DNA of 64,000 nucleotides from IMG/VR virus record IMGVR_UViG_3300025875_000013, positions 4,583-68,582 of that record, one strand, 5' to 3'. The stretch's first letter is position 1. Each line of letters opens with the position of its first letter. The notes beneath the pieces are model-generated. The model saw only the letters and a program-made list of their open reading frames with translations, was not told the origin of the DNA and did not search any database. Position numbers and translations under genes: made by a program. Below are positions 26,178 through 35,896 of this stretch, one piece after another. This DNA is from a virus.

Positions 26178-27110
26178 ATGGATTTACAAGAAAAATTACT
26201 GGCGTTTACCGCTACCGCGTTAGGAGTAGCAACCACTGATGTTGAGGCTAAACTTGAAGATGCCGAAGATGCAACCCCAATTCTTGACCTGCATAAAGCA
26301 AAGGTTAGAGAGCAGAAGGAAAAAAATTTTAATGACGGCTTTAAAAAAGCTGAAAGGAAAGTTTTAACCGACCGCGAAAAAGAAATAAAAGAAGAGTTTG
26401 GGATTGAATCTGACAAAATAGGCTTAGACCTGATACGCGAACTTTTAGAAGCCCAAACCAAAAGTACCGATCTGGAAGATACTGACACGGATAAAGAAGG
26501 CAAGAAAAAGCCTCTTTCCTGGAAAGACATTCCGATTGAAGTACTTAAAAAACATCCTGAGTTCATCAAAATGGAAGATGATAAGGTGAAAGCAGTTGAG
26601 GCGAATAATAAAAAATGGCAGTCAGAAGTCGAAGCTGTAAAGGCTGAATATGCCGCTAAAGAAATTTCCGAAACCGTAGGGAAACGTGCCCTGGTAGAAT
26701 TTAGAAAATTGAAACCGCTTCTTTCTCTCGATCCTGAAAAAGCAGCTCGTCAAGAAAAGGATTTCATTGCCAAAGTTGTTGCGAATAACAAGTTCGAACT
26801 TGTAGGTGAAGAAACTTTAATTTTAGATGATAGCGGTAATAAGAAAGAAGATCCGCATGGGAATACCTTAAAATTCAATGAATTTATAAGGAACACAGCG
26901 GAGTTATATCACGATTTTCAAGTAGCAGAAGAACGAAGTTCTCCGGGCGCTACTACCAGCAACACGGCCCCAGGTCAAAAGAAGTATACCGGCAAGCAGC
27001 CAACCAGTCTGGAAGAAAAAAATCGGCTTATAATGGATACTAGCATTCCTTTAGAAGCGCGCAATGAAATTCAAAAAGATTGGGAGGAAAAACATACTTC
27101 TAACGTCTAA
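26178..27110 (+). CDS. scaffolding-like protein (putative)
   Basis: 310-aa K/E-rich predicted coiled coil directly upstream of the putative major capsid gene. Confidence 0.4.
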   Translation: MDLQEKLLAFTATALGVATTDVEAKLEDAEDATPILDLHKAKVREQKEKNFNDGFKKAERKVLTDREKEIKEEFGIESDKIGLDLIRELLEAQTKSTDLEDTDTDKEGKKKPLSWKDIPIEVLKKHPEFIKMEDDKVKAVEANNKKWQSEVEAVKAEYAAKEISETVGKRALVEFRKLKPLLSLDPEKAARQEKDFIAKVVANNKFELVGEETLILDDSGNKKEDPHGNTLKFNEFIRNTAELYHDFQVAEERSSPGATTSNTAPGQKKYTGKQPTSLEEKNRLIMDTSIPLEARNEIQKDWEEKHTSNV

Positions 27111-27121
27111 ACACTAAAAAA

Positions 27122-28150
27122 ATGGCCTTCTTAGGAGCCCAACTACCCGATATTATTTTAAAGCTGGATAACATGGCCGCAAACCAGAATATCCTGAAAG
27201 AATACCAGCCGCAAATTGCTGGTTTACGATTAATACAGCAAAATCAAACCGCTGCTTTTGCGGATGTAACCAATGCTTTGGCCCGTAACGATAAAGATTA
27301 TTTCGACGGCAAAGTTAAAGTTAACTGGCTAACCGGAGTAGCAGGTGACGAAGAAGCTGTAGAACCTAATTGCGACTTGACCGGTGATCCTTTGGGTTCA
27401 GATGAGCAAGATTATTCATTGGGAATGGATTTCAAAAAAGACTTTGAAATCGATGAAGATGAGGCCAAAACCCACATATACGAAGTGCAGGAGCAACAGG
27501 CGCGGGGTATGTTAGATTTGTTCCGTATTATGGATCAGGGCTACGCTAAACGCGTTATTGCTAAGTTAGATTCGTTTACAGGTACAAACTTATTCACCAA
27601 TGGGTATACCGTAGATGAAACTACTGGTAACTTGCTTATACCCGCTGTTGACTACAATGTGACCTTTATGGCCTACCTGTCTTTAGCCGCAATTTATAAC
27701 CGTTTAAATAATTACTACATTATCGACAACGGTAAAAATCTGTATTTGCCTAAATTTTTCGCAGATGCCGGTCAAACAAAAGACGGGTATTCTACTTCGA
27801 ATATTTACGACCAGTACAAAATCGATTTTGATTTTATCAATTTTGCTAAAGCTGCTGTTGCTACTGATACTTTATTGGTTGATACCAATTCTGTATTCTT
27901 TGCTACCCGTAATCGTTTTGGTAACCGTAATCCGATTGAACGTCCGGCAGAAAAGGGACAGATGTTTGTTTCGGTAGTTACCTCACCTTACACCGGTATC
28001 AACTACGATCTATACGTGCAGATTAAATGTCGCGTCGTAAACGGAAAAGACCACTTAGTACGGATTTACCGTTTGCAAACCAAAGGCGATTTACTGCAAG
28101 CTCCTGAGCTTACCTATCCATCAGTATTAGGCTTTCAAAAAGCAGCTTAA
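27122..28150 (+). CDS. major capsid protein (putative)
   Basis: 342-aa ORF following the scaffold-like gene and followed by an intrinsic terminator (a position typical for the most highly expressed structural gene). No sequence-level proof. Confidence 0.5.
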   Translation: MAFLGAQLPDIILKLDNMAANQNILKEYQPQIAGLRLIQQNQTAAFADVTNALARNDKDYFDGKVKVNWLTGVAGDEEAVEPNCDLTGDPLGSDEQDYSLGMDFKKDFEIDEDEAKTHIYEVQEQQARGMLDLFRIMDQGYAKRVIAKLDSFTGTNLFTNGYTVDETTGNLLIPAVDYNVTFMAYLSLAAIYNRLNNYYIIDNGKNLYLPKFFADAGQTKDGYSTSNIYDQYKIDFDFINFAKAAVATDTLLVDTNSVFFATRNRFGNRNPIERPAEKGQMFVSVVTSPYTGINYDLYVQIKCRVVNGKDHLVRIYRLQTKGDLLQAPELTYPSVLGFQKAA

Positions 28151-28167
28151 TGATTAATAACCTATAA

Positions 28168-28200
28168 CAGAAAAGCCGGGCAATGTTCCGGCTTTTTGTC
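28168..28200 (+). terminator. Rho-independent terminator after the capsid gene
   Basis: AAAAGCCGG-GCAATGTT-CCGGCTTTTT. Confidence 0.55.
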
Positions 28201-29259
28201 CTTAAAGCCATGATGCACAAACGTTTTAAATATATTTTTGGCCTCACCCGTGGCCCGGTTGCCGTACAAGGAGGGGGCAGGGTGAATGATGACCAGAATA
28301 CGTTTACCTTTTCGGTAGAAAAAGCAACCGCCCGGATAAATCAGAGCGATTCCGGATTATACCTGGACGAAATGCAGGAATTTAACCTGAACAAAGTACC
28401 CGTAGAGGTTGATGCCACCACCGGGCTACCGGTTGAAGGTTCATTATGGCAGAAAGCGCACCACGCGCGGCGGGAGGCGTTAAAGGAGATGGAAACGGCT
28501 TTATTTGCTGGCTTGGGCACTATGAACCGGTTAAAAAACGATCCCTATACCGGCTTTTTGGGTAGCAAGGATAAAAAAAACTATTATAAGTTTCAAAATG
28601 GGCAGGTAGTAACTACGGTTATACAAACCAACAATATCCCCGGCCATGTGATGCGCATTAAATCACTGGCCTTGCATACTTCTTTGGAAACTATTGTTCC
28701 TGTAACCATTAACGGAAAGGTTTACGAAATTAAAACGCGGCCTGCTCTCTATACAAACATTCTACCTACGCCTATTGTTATTCCGATTAATGGAGAGGAT
28801 ATTACTATCTCCTATACCGTTAATGAGTTTATGGTTGGGATAAACACCATGTGTTACGGGTGCCAGGGCGTAGTTAGAAAGATTAGCCCTTATTTCCCTA
28901 ATATCGAAGGGCAGGAAGGTAACGGGCTGGTTATTGATATGACGCTAACCTGCCAGCCGGATAATGTGATTTATGAGAACTACAACACCAATCACAACGG
29001 TATTGCACATGTATTGGCTTATGCCGCGCGGTTTAAAACGGCTGAACTATTAATAGAAAGCATCCTTAGCAGTGGAACCATTAACCGCTTTACCATGATG
29101 GATAATCAGTATCTTTGGGGTAAGCGTAATCATTTCCGGAAAGAGTTTCAAGATCGCATTAACTGGCTTATCAGTACGGACGGGTTTGATTTGAGTACGG
29201 ATAATTGCTATCAGTGCAAGCCGGTGGCAGGATTTAGGAAGACAGGGATATTAACATGA
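28183..29259 (+). CDS. hypothetical structural protein (start probably downstream of the annotated ATG)
   Basis: 358-aa ORF. The annotated start lies inside the terminator hairpin, so Met codons at 28210/28213 ('MMHKRF') are more plausible starts. Confidence 0.3.
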   Translation: MFRLFVLKAMMHKRFKYIFGLTRGPVAVQGGGRVNDDQNTFTFSVEKATARINQSDSGLYLDEMQEFNLNKVPVEVDATTGLPVEGSLWQKAHHARREALKEMETALFAGLGTMNRLKNDPYTGFLGSKDKKNYYKFQNGQVVTTVIQTNNIPGHVMRIKSLALHTSLETIVPVTINGKVYEIKTRPALYTNILPTPIVIPINGEDITISYTVNEFMVGINTMCYGCQGVVRKISPYFPNIEGQEGNGLVIDMTLTCQPDNVIYENYNTNHNGIAHVLAYAARFKTAELLIESILSSGTINRFTMMDNQYLWGKRNHFRKEFQDRINWLISTDGFDLSTDNCYQCKPVAGFRKTGILT

Positions 29260-30008
29260 TCTATAAACAGATATTCGATTTAATCGGGACTACTAAGCAG
29301 GTAAATATTATCAAAGAAGGCTTAGATAAAATAAAATTTCCTTGGGAGCGTATTACACCACCGGAAAGAGTGTTTAAAATAGGCTGGCAGGATTTGAATA
29401 ATGGCTTATTTGCAAAGGCCAGAGCGCACAAAGGACACGGTAATGAACCGGTTTCTATTACCGGCAAGCTAAATGGTCGTAAGTATATTATGGGCGTATT
29501 TTATCCGCATAACGGGGATATATTCGTAGATAACAAGCTTGTAAATTACCCTGAGATAGCGCAAACAACAGTATCGGCGGAGGCCGCGCATTTAGCAGAC
29601 GAATATCTACCATTAACAGATGCGCAAAGATTAGCCCTGCATAAGCTAATGCACCCCGGCGGTATTATTCCAAAGGATGAAGCATTCTGGTGGGAGAAAA
29701 TAGATTACGAAACAGAATATTTTAGCCTGGCCGGTGAGTTCTTTATGTGCCTGTTTACCCTTGCTTATTCGGATATGCTGTTTGACGCATCCGGTTTTAC
29801 CCATACCATAGAGCCGAATTTAATACCGAAAGTTCGGGAAATTATCGGCATAGAGCGCACAGACTTAGTGCCGGCAACACCTTTGAAAGAGTTCAAAGTT
29901 ATTGGTACAAGTAAAATATATCACAAACTTTCACATTATCCCGCAAAATCAGGAAAAATTGTAACCAATATAAGTAAATTAACGCCTTGTAAAACGTGTA
30001 AACCTTAG
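29256..30008 (+). CDS. hypothetical protein
   Basis: 250-aa ORF with start/stop overlap to the previous gene. Confidence 0.3.
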   Translation: MIYKQIFDLIGTTKQVNIIKEGLDKIKFPWERITPPERVFKIGWQDLNNGLFAKARAHKGHGNEPVSITGKLNGRKYIMGVFYPHNGDIFVDNKLVNYPEIAQTTVSAEAAHLADEYLPLTDAQRLALHKLMHPGGIIPKDEAFWWEKIDYETEYFSLAGEFFMCLFTLAYSDMLFDASGFTHTIEPNLIPKVREIIGIERTDLVPATPLKEFKVIGTSKIYHKLSHYPAKSGKIVTNISKLTPCKTCKP

Positions 30009-30559
30009 GTTGATTCTTGTAATAATCGTTTCACCTTGTTTATTTCTTCCTCAGTATGAACTGTGCCCCCTGTATTCATTTCTAAATACCATTGTAATAC
30101 CTCGGCTTTGGTTTGAAGATTATTTATGTTAAAGCGTATGTCATGCGAAATCCTTATTTTATCTTCGTATTCCGACCGTTTAAATCCAAATACAGGTATT
30201 TCATCTCTTAGGAACCGAATAATAGAAGTAAGTCTTTGCAGGCCGTCTACAATTACAAAATCATCATAAGGGGTAGTCGCGCGGCCCTGCCAACTTGGTT
30301 TATTAAAATAAAGAACCCTTCCGCTTTTGCCACCCTTTAACAGGTACTCCATAAATGCGATTTGTTGTTGCATAGTCCAAACGTGCCCTCTTTGGAAATC
30401 GGGATTTAGGTCTAATTTAAAATACGAATTTTCAACCCATTCTTTTATCTTGTCATCCAGCAAAAACAAAGGCATGTTAATTTCGTATCCGTTTTCTCTA
30501 GTAAACTGCTTAATATCCTGAAATTTCATTTTCTTAAACTTCTTTTTCTTCATGTACAT
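30005..30559 (-). CDS. DUF262 (ParB/sulfiredoxin-fold, GmrSD N-terminal-like) domain protein
   Basis: 'DFQRGHVW' and 'IVDGLQRLTS' match the DUF262 signature (DGQQR). Stand-alone 184 aa, with no DUF1524/HNH partner domain. Confidence 0.55.
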   Translation of the reverse strand: MYMKKKKFKKMKFQDIKQFTRENGYEINMPLFLLDDKIKEWVENSYFKLDLNPDFQRGHVWTMQQQIAFMEYLLKGGKSGRVLYFNKPSWQGRATTPYDDFVIVDGLQRLTSIIRFLRDEIPVFGFKRSEYEDKIRISHDIRFNINNLQTKAEVLQWYLEMNTGGTVHTEEEINKVKRLLQEST

Positions 30560-31215
30560 TAACTAACCAGCAAGCCCGATTATAAAACACCTGATTACCC
30601 TTGCTCATAATTTTATCTTTCTTTCCAATATTTCAAAGAATTTGTATAGTTCGTTTTTTAGCCAGAGTTTGAAGCGATGCCGCATTATTTTTTAATCCCT
30701 GTCACTGTCACGTTTACATAAGACCTTTCTCTTGGGTCTTTGTAATCAGCTTGATATTTATAAACATTAATTGTTGACTTTTCTTCTTGTAAACCATAAT
30801 ACTTACAAAGGACTTCTTTTAAATCCTTTTCAGATAATTCTATTGTTGTTTTCTCTGTTGCCATTCTATTTATCCTTTTTTTAATTGTTATTTAATCTAA
30901 TAACAAATGAACATAAAACGGATGATTGCCGCCGTTCTTGCTAGTAGAGTAGTAAAACACCCATTTGCCTTTGCAGGTGTAAATTGTTTCAGTCCAATTA
31001 GCTATCATTCTCCTTATCCTTTAATTATTTATTTCTCAGATTATTCTTTGCGTTAACCCATGCATTGCTTTCAGTTTTGCCTTCTGATAATCTAATTGGG
31101 TTTTCAGATTGATAATCTGACCATATCAGCCAATACGCCTTATTAAAAGGCCCGTGATTTCTATATTTTTTAGCCTTCGCGTTAGGGTATTTGGATTTAA
31201 CAAATTCTTTAGCCT

Positions 31216-31560
31216 TCATGGTTTATCTTTTAGTTGTTCTTCTACAATACGAAACCCTTCATTAATGGCAGATATTAAGGCGGTGTCGTGGTCTGTATAA
31301 TTGGTGCCTACATCATAACCAGCAATAGCCCATCCCCAAGAAAGTGCAGGAGTATGTAAGCTGCTAATAGGGCAAGCCCACAAATAGATTCCCCTATCTC
31401 TTAAATAAGCAGTATAAACGCCGCTTCTAAAATTAAAGGGCAAGTCTTCGAATGCCCACCATGAAACATTGAAATTATGTTCCCTTGCAACATACCACTT
31501 CCTAAAATCTGCTTTTACTTTTTCCTGCATTACAATAGCAGGGGTTTCTTTTGTTTCCAT
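31216..31560 (-). CDS. hypothetical protein
   Basis: 114-aa ORF in the minus-strand island. Confidence 0.3.
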   Translation of the reverse strand: METKETPAIVMQEKVKADFRKWYVAREHNFNVSWWAFEDLPFNFRSGVYTAYLRDRGIYLWACPISSLHTPALSWGWAIAGYDVGTNYTDHDTALISAINEGFRIVEEQLKDKP

Positions 31561-31563
31561 AGG

Positions 31564-31797
31564 TTATCTTCCTAACTTCTTAAATTTTTTTTCGGCGTTC
31601 TTTTGATTTAAAGCGTAAACCTCCACACCTTCAATTAAAAATTTATGATGACCTTTAGGTATAATTGGCGATGGATCTTTAGGAGGCGCACCCTTTAAAC
31701 CTTCGTTTCGATCATTCCCACCTGTGGCATGTACACCCAAGTCACCCAACAACAGCGCTGAAAGACCCATTAATTTTAAAAACTTTTCTTTGCTCAT
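31564..31797 (-). CDS. small secreted protein (signal-peptide-like N-terminus)
   Basis: 'MSKEKFLKLMGLSALLLGDLGVHA' is an N-terminal hydrophobic segment. Confidence 0.3.
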   Translation of the reverse strand: MSKEKFLKLMGLSALLLGDLGVHATGGNDRNEGLKGAPPKDPSPIIPKGHHKFLIEGVEVYALNQKNAEKKFKKLGR

Positions 31798-32142
31798 TTC
31801 AATTTTTCTCTACGTTTTACTTCTTTTTCGTACTCTTTTAAGCTCATTACCTGAAAGCGATAATTATGATTGTGCATACTTATAACCCAATCGTAATTCT
31901 GTGCTAAATACTGAAGGTAGTATTTCAGGTACATTATAGTAGCTTAAAATCCCTTATTAAAACTCCCCTTACTTTAACACCTTCACTTTTCCCAACCACT
32001 TCTTTATAATGCAGTTGCAGCCGTTCTATATCGCTTTGGGAATTAATCGGTCTTTTGTATTTAGTAACGGTACTGCCCTCATACTTTTCGGATTTGCCTT
32101 CTACTGTAAATACAAAGTGTACAAAATATCTGTATATCTTTC

Positions 32143-32505
32143 TCATAATTCTAAAATATCAGTTTCACCTTTCAGGTAAGAAATAAGCTCCGCGTTTTTG
32201 GCGTACGGTTGACAGGTGTAGAAGTCTATTGGTGAGTATGATCTAAAGAATGTGTCATCAAAACCACGTTTATGATATTCATAGACAATAAGATTATAGC
32301 CATAAGGGATAGAACAAATTTGTAGTAACTGTAATGATCTTTCAGAAAAACAACTCCCCGTCATTTGGCCGTATATACACAACCATAAATCTCCAGGTTT
32401 TAACCTGCTAAAATCTAATCTGCCCCGTTCCTCTACCGTAGCAAATTCCCGTAATTTAGCCGCTTCATCGCGTACCAGTTCTTTTAAGTTTTCTGTTTGT
32501 TCCAT
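32143..32505 (-). CDS. hypothetical protein
   Basis: 120-aa ORF. Confidence 0.3.
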   Translation of the reverse strand: MEQTENLKELVRDEAAKLREFATVEERGRLDFSRLKPGDLWLCIYGQMTGSCFSERSLQLLQICSIPYGYNLIVYEYHKRGFDDTFFRSYSPIDFYTCQPYAKNAELISYLKGETDILEL

Positions 32506-32509
32506 CTGG

Positions 32510-32878
32510 TTATTTATTCTTAAGAATTTCAGGAAAATTAGCCTTAATCATAGCCCTGACATTTTTATAAAGTTTGGCCGGTGAACTTAATCTATCTAAA
32601 TATTCGCGCGTAACCTTATTTTTTAGAAGGGACAATCTTAAAGAAATAGAAGGAAAATTTTGTTCATCTTGTTTCATAAGCCAACCGATACAAGCAGAAC
32701 CATTCTTTTTATGACACATATAAACGGAGCCCATGTGGTCGTTTTCATTTTCTAATAATCTCTCAAATTCGTGCTTGTCCCAAAGTTTTAATGGTGCATC
32801 TGTACGGTATGGGCAATTATTACAAGGAGAAACACAATGAAATAAAGGAACCTTATTAGGTATATCTGTTTGTTCCAT
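32510..32878 (-). CDS. hypothetical Cys-rich protein
   Basis: 'CVSPCNNCPY...C...C' is a possible Zn-binding motif. Confidence 0.3.
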   Translation of the reverse strand: MEQTDIPNKVPLFHCVSPCNNCPYRTDAPLKLWDKHEFERLLENENDHMGSVYMCHKKNGSACIGWLMKQDEQNFPSISLRLSLLKNKVTREYLDRLSSPAKLYKNVRAMIKANFPEILKNK

Positions 32879-32882
32879 TTGG

Positions 32883-33221
32883 CTAAAAAAGATTGATATT
32901 TGCTATTATTTTACTTGAATTTTGACAGATAACGAAGTGTTGAAATTTCTCATAGAATTTATATTCATAAGACTCATAAACATAAATGAAGTAACCAAAG
33001 CTTTGTAGTCTTATAATTTCGTCTATGGAAAACCAATTTAATAACTCTCCAATTGATCTAGTAGCTGATAAAAACCCTATTAATTCGCTATCAAAAGGCA
33101 TTTGCAATTCGTTACTTTTGCAAAAGCTTAATTCCTTATGAACCAATCCAGTAAAATTACCCTTCTGATTATACCAAAGGCCGTGTTTAGTAATGTTGTT
33201 CGCTATTCTAAAAAATTCCAT
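32883..33221 (-). CDS. hypothetical protein
   Basis: 112-aa ORF. Confidence 0.3.
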   Translation of the reverse strand: MEFFRIANNITKHGLWYNQKGNFTGLVHKELSFCKSNELQMPFDSELIGFLSATRSIGELLNWFSIDEIIRLQSFGYFIYVYESYEYKFYEKFQHFVICQNSSKIIANINLF

Positions 33222-33337
33222 AATTATAATAAATCGTTTATTATTTCCCCAAAAGCCCAGGCCGCCAAAGCCGAAACAAACACCAGTGTTAAAATCGCGA
33301 ACCCAGTCCCGATGTATTTAAGTATTGTTTTCATATC

Positions 33338-33658
33338 TTAATCTAACTTTACACATGGACAATTTAAAATGCTTTCCTTGTCAACACTCATACTCCAAGC
33401 CATACCAGATATACCAGAAATTCTATCAGATTTAACTTTAGCTGCTTCTGCTGCTAGTTTTATTTGTTCTTCTAACAGCGCTTGTACCTCACCTTTGGTG
33501 TAGGTATTCGGATTAGATCGAAAACCGTAAATAAAACCGTCGGCATATAGCTTTGTGTAGGGTTGATCGTCAGTATTTTTAATATCCTTACCGAACATTT
33601 CCTTTACAATCGATAAAGCTTCTTGCTGTAATTCTTTAAGACTTATTTTCATATTCAT
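33338..33658 (-). CDS. hypothetical protein
   Basis: 106-aa ORF. It shares 'NPNIYTKEEV' with the next ORF, making a paralogous pair. Confidence 0.3.
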   Translation of the reverse strand: MNMKISLKELQQEALSIVKEMFGKDIKNTDDQPYTKLYADGFIYGFRSNPNTYTKGEVQALLEEQIKLAAEAAKVKSDRISGISGMAWSMSVDKESILNCPCVKLD

Positions 33659-33918
33659 ATAATGTTCTTGCTTTTACAATCATCTATAAAGTCCCAACCG
33701 TCCGGATAACTCCATTCGTGATTCTCTAACTCTCTAGCAGAATCAAAGGCGTATTTTATAAGTAGAATTACCTCTTCTTTGGTGTAGATATTTGGATTGG
33801 CTTTGTAACCTGCCTTAGAAGCTTCGTACCCCCATGTAATAGGCTTGTTTGCCTTGCCGCCTTCTTGATGGGCATAATCCGAAGCTAAATTAGATAATTT
33901 GATATTGCTTATAGTCAT
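33655..33918 (-). CDS. hypothetical protein (paralog of previous)
   Basis: 'KANPNIYTKEEV' matches 'RSNPNTYTKGEV' in the 33338 ORF. Confidence 0.3.
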   Translation of the reverse strand: MTISNIKLSNLASDYAHQEGGKANKPITWGYEASKAGYKANPNIYTKEEVILLIKYAFDSARELENHEWSYPDGWDFIDDCKSKNII

Positions 33919-33922
33919 TTTC

Positions 33923-34117
33923 TTAAAACCTCCCGCAAAACTTAACTATCCGCTTATTACCCTTTCGGTGTAATTTCCTGTCCAGAATCCGGCCTATCTG
34001 ATTCTTTTGTGCCCTGGTATAGATATTAACCGATGCGTTCCGGTTTTTCGGTTTGGGGCCGGCTTTTACGTTGGTGAAACAGGCGGCAAGCAAAATGAGA
34101 GTAAATAGTGTTTTCAT
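33923..34117 (-). CDS. small secreted protein
   Basis: 'MKTLFTLILLAACFTNVKA' is a signal peptide. Confidence 0.3.
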   Translation of the reverse strand: MKTLFTLILLAACFTNVKAGPKPKNRNASVNIYTRAQKNQIGRILDRKLHRKGNKRIVKFCGRF

Positions 34118-34461
34118 TGTTTTTAAATTAAACCTAACTCATTTTTTCTTGCCCAGACATGGATTGAAACAGGATAATTAACATCTATAGATTCGAATCT
34201 CACCCAAAAAGGGTGCGCATTACGGAACTCAATAAAAGCGGTACGACCTTTATAATAGGCATTATTTAAGCCTTTGCGATACGCTTTTAAACCTGATTTA
34301 AATTCTTGCTTTGTCATAATACTTACATTTTAAAATTTAACACTCAAATACAAACCTTGTTGAAAAATGCGCTATTGCCTGGGCCTTTGCCAGTTCGCAA
34401 GAATCAGCGTTGAATACTTTTACAGCGCCGGCGTTATTTCTGAATTTGTAGCGATTCATGA

Positions 34462-34689
34462 TTAGTTTACAGAAGTATAATCAAGCTCGATTTTGCCATT
34501 GTGATCTTTTAAAACAATTGTTTTTTCGCCATAATTAAGCAAGTGCATAGCGTTTTGTTCATCACTTTGTCTGAAATAACCATTAGCCGCGTGTTTTACA
34601 ATCCTGCTAACTACTGACCGGCTTACTTTGCCAGAATGCGGATGAACAATGTTTAAACCGTAAAAAGTGGTGGTGGTTTTAGTTTTCAT
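34462..34689 (-). CDS. hypothetical protein
   Basis: 75-aa ORF. Confidence 0.25.
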   Translation of the reverse strand: MKTKTTTTFYGLNIVHPHSGKVSRSVVSRIVKHAANGYFRQSDEQNAMHLLNYGEKTIVLKDHNGKIELDYTSVN

Positions 34690-34735
34690 AATGCTTATCT
34701 GTTTGTGTTTCTAACTATACAAATGTAGCAATTAT

Positions 34736-34754
34736 ATTTGATATAGCAATAATA
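34736..34754. promoter_or_regulatory. operator-like near-palindrome ATTTGATATAGCAATAATA
   Basis: 18 of 19 positions identical to the copy at 38632-38650. The core ATTTGATATAGCAAAT is an imperfect palindrome. Intergenic, next to an XRE-like HTH gene. Confidence 0.35.
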
Positions 34755-34773
34755 TTTGCTAATTATTTTTCAT

Positions 34774-34956
34774 TTATTTTTCATTAGTATTCAACCCGTC
34801 TAAATAAGCATGTATTTTATCTATTGTTTCCTGTGAGCCGTAATTTTTTGTACCTGAAAGGATGTGAGAGAGCGTAAACGGGGAAATCCCGATGGCCTCT
34901 GCAATTTTATATTTTTTAAGGCCTGTTTTTTCTATTTTTTCTACTAAATCTTGCAT
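34774..34956 (-). CDS. small HTH (XRE/Cro-like) regulator
   Basis: 'KKYKIAEAIGISPFTLSHILSG' is a HTH. Confidence 0.55.
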   Translation of the reverse strand: MQDLVEKIEKTGLKKYKIAEAIGISPFTLSHILSGTKNYGSQETIDKIHAYLDGLNTNEK

Positions 34957-34988
34957 ATTATTCTTTGTTATTTGTTATAAAATATCAG

Positions 34989-35636
34989 CTATTCAGGCGA
35001 TAAGCAAAAAGACTGGTTTTCAGATAGCCAGTAAGGAGGTCTCCAAGCCATCATTCTAACCGAAATACTCTCTTTAAGGCCGCTTTCCTTTGCCGGTATT
35101 GGCCTTATAACCTTATCAAAAGGATTGTAATTAACGGATTCGATATGAAAACCCGAAATTTCACCTTTGCCTTGGCTGGTTTTTTTGCCAATACCCCGTA
35201 AATGCCGTAATAAATATTCAACCCGCACAATATCATTACTGGCAAAATAAAACCATACTGTTTTGATACTGTGCAGAACTAAGGGCATATCATAACTTTT
35301 GTATTCACCTGCATTAATCCGCACCTTTCGTACTTTCTTGCCAAAGTCAGCCAGGAAATCATACTGGTTTGCCCATCGTTTCTTCCAACTGCCTGTAAAC
35401 TCCGCTGCCTTGTTGTAATCAAATTGCATCCAACTAGCCAGAAAGTAGCCGTCTGAGTGCCGGATAAGGGGTAGGTCATCAAAAGATTCCAGTTCTTCTT
35501 TCGGGATGCTTAACCGCTGCTGTACACTACCATCTTTTTCTTTCATGTAGCAGTAGGCTAATAAGGCATCAAAAACAGGCAAATCTATAAAGCTGATGGC
35601 TGATGCAAGGTTGAAGCTGATTTTATAGTATTGCAT
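34989..35636 (-). CDS. Cas5-like RAMP protein (candidate Csf3-like)
   Basis: Glycine-rich loop 'GIGKKTSQGKGEISG' (GhGxxxxxGxG) near the C-terminus and ~215 aa are typical of Cas5/Cas6-family RAMPs. It sits next to a Cas7-like gene and a CysH-like gene. Confidence 0.35.
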   Translation of the reverse strand: MQYYKISFNLASAISFIDLPVFDALLAYCYMKEKDGSVQQRLSIPKEELESFDDLPLIRHSDGYFLASWMQFDYNKAAEFTGSWKKRWANQYDFLADFGKKVRKVRINAGEYKSYDMPLVLHSIKTVWFYFASNDIVRVEYLLRHLRGIGKKTSQGKGEISGFHIESVNYNPFDKVIRPIPAKESGLKESISVRMMAWRPPYWLSENQSFCLSPE

Positions 35637-35896
35637 AGTCTTGATTTTTTAATTTTAATGGCGTTTTCTGTTTTGCCCAGCATTGCTGCTACTTCTTTTG
35701 GATGAAATTGCTGTATATATTCCTGTTCTTCACGTGTATAATTTCGCTTACGGCTTAAGCCTAGTTTTACCGCCATCCGACTAATGCTTTTGTCTGATTT
35801 ATCCCGCATATATCCAACCTTTTGCATTTGCTTGTAAGGCATCTTCCCGTAATTTATGCGTAGGAACACCTTGTCTGATAACTTCCACTTAGACAT
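35585..35896 (-). CDS. small HTH-repeat DNA-binding protein
   Basis: Two HTH-like repeats ('...SISRMAVKLGLS...' and '...PKEVAAMLGKTENAIKIKKSRL'), similar to the N-terminal repeats of the 5661 HNH ORF. Overlaps both neighbours. Confidence 0.35.
   Translation of the reverse strand: MSKWKLSDKVFLRINYGKMPYKQMQKVGYMRDKSDKSISRMAVKLGLSRKRNYTREEQEYIQQFHPKEVAAMLGKTENAIKIKKSRLCNTIKSASTLHQPSAL

Noticed and set aside
26099-26569. Minus-strand ORF of 156 aa, Ser-rich.
   Set aside because: Antisense to the scaffold-like gene. Its composition reflects the complementary K/E-rich codons.
28183-28212. Annotated start of ORF 28183 inside the terminator hairpin.
   Set aside because: Probably not the real start. 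Downstream Met codons (MMHKRF) are more plausible. The gene itself is kept.
35585-35896. Considered the 103-aa ORF as a Cas11-like small subunit of the RAMP cluster.
   Set aside because: Its sequence shows two clear HTH-like segments similar to repeats in the 5661 HNH ORF, so a DNA-binding regulator is the better reading.
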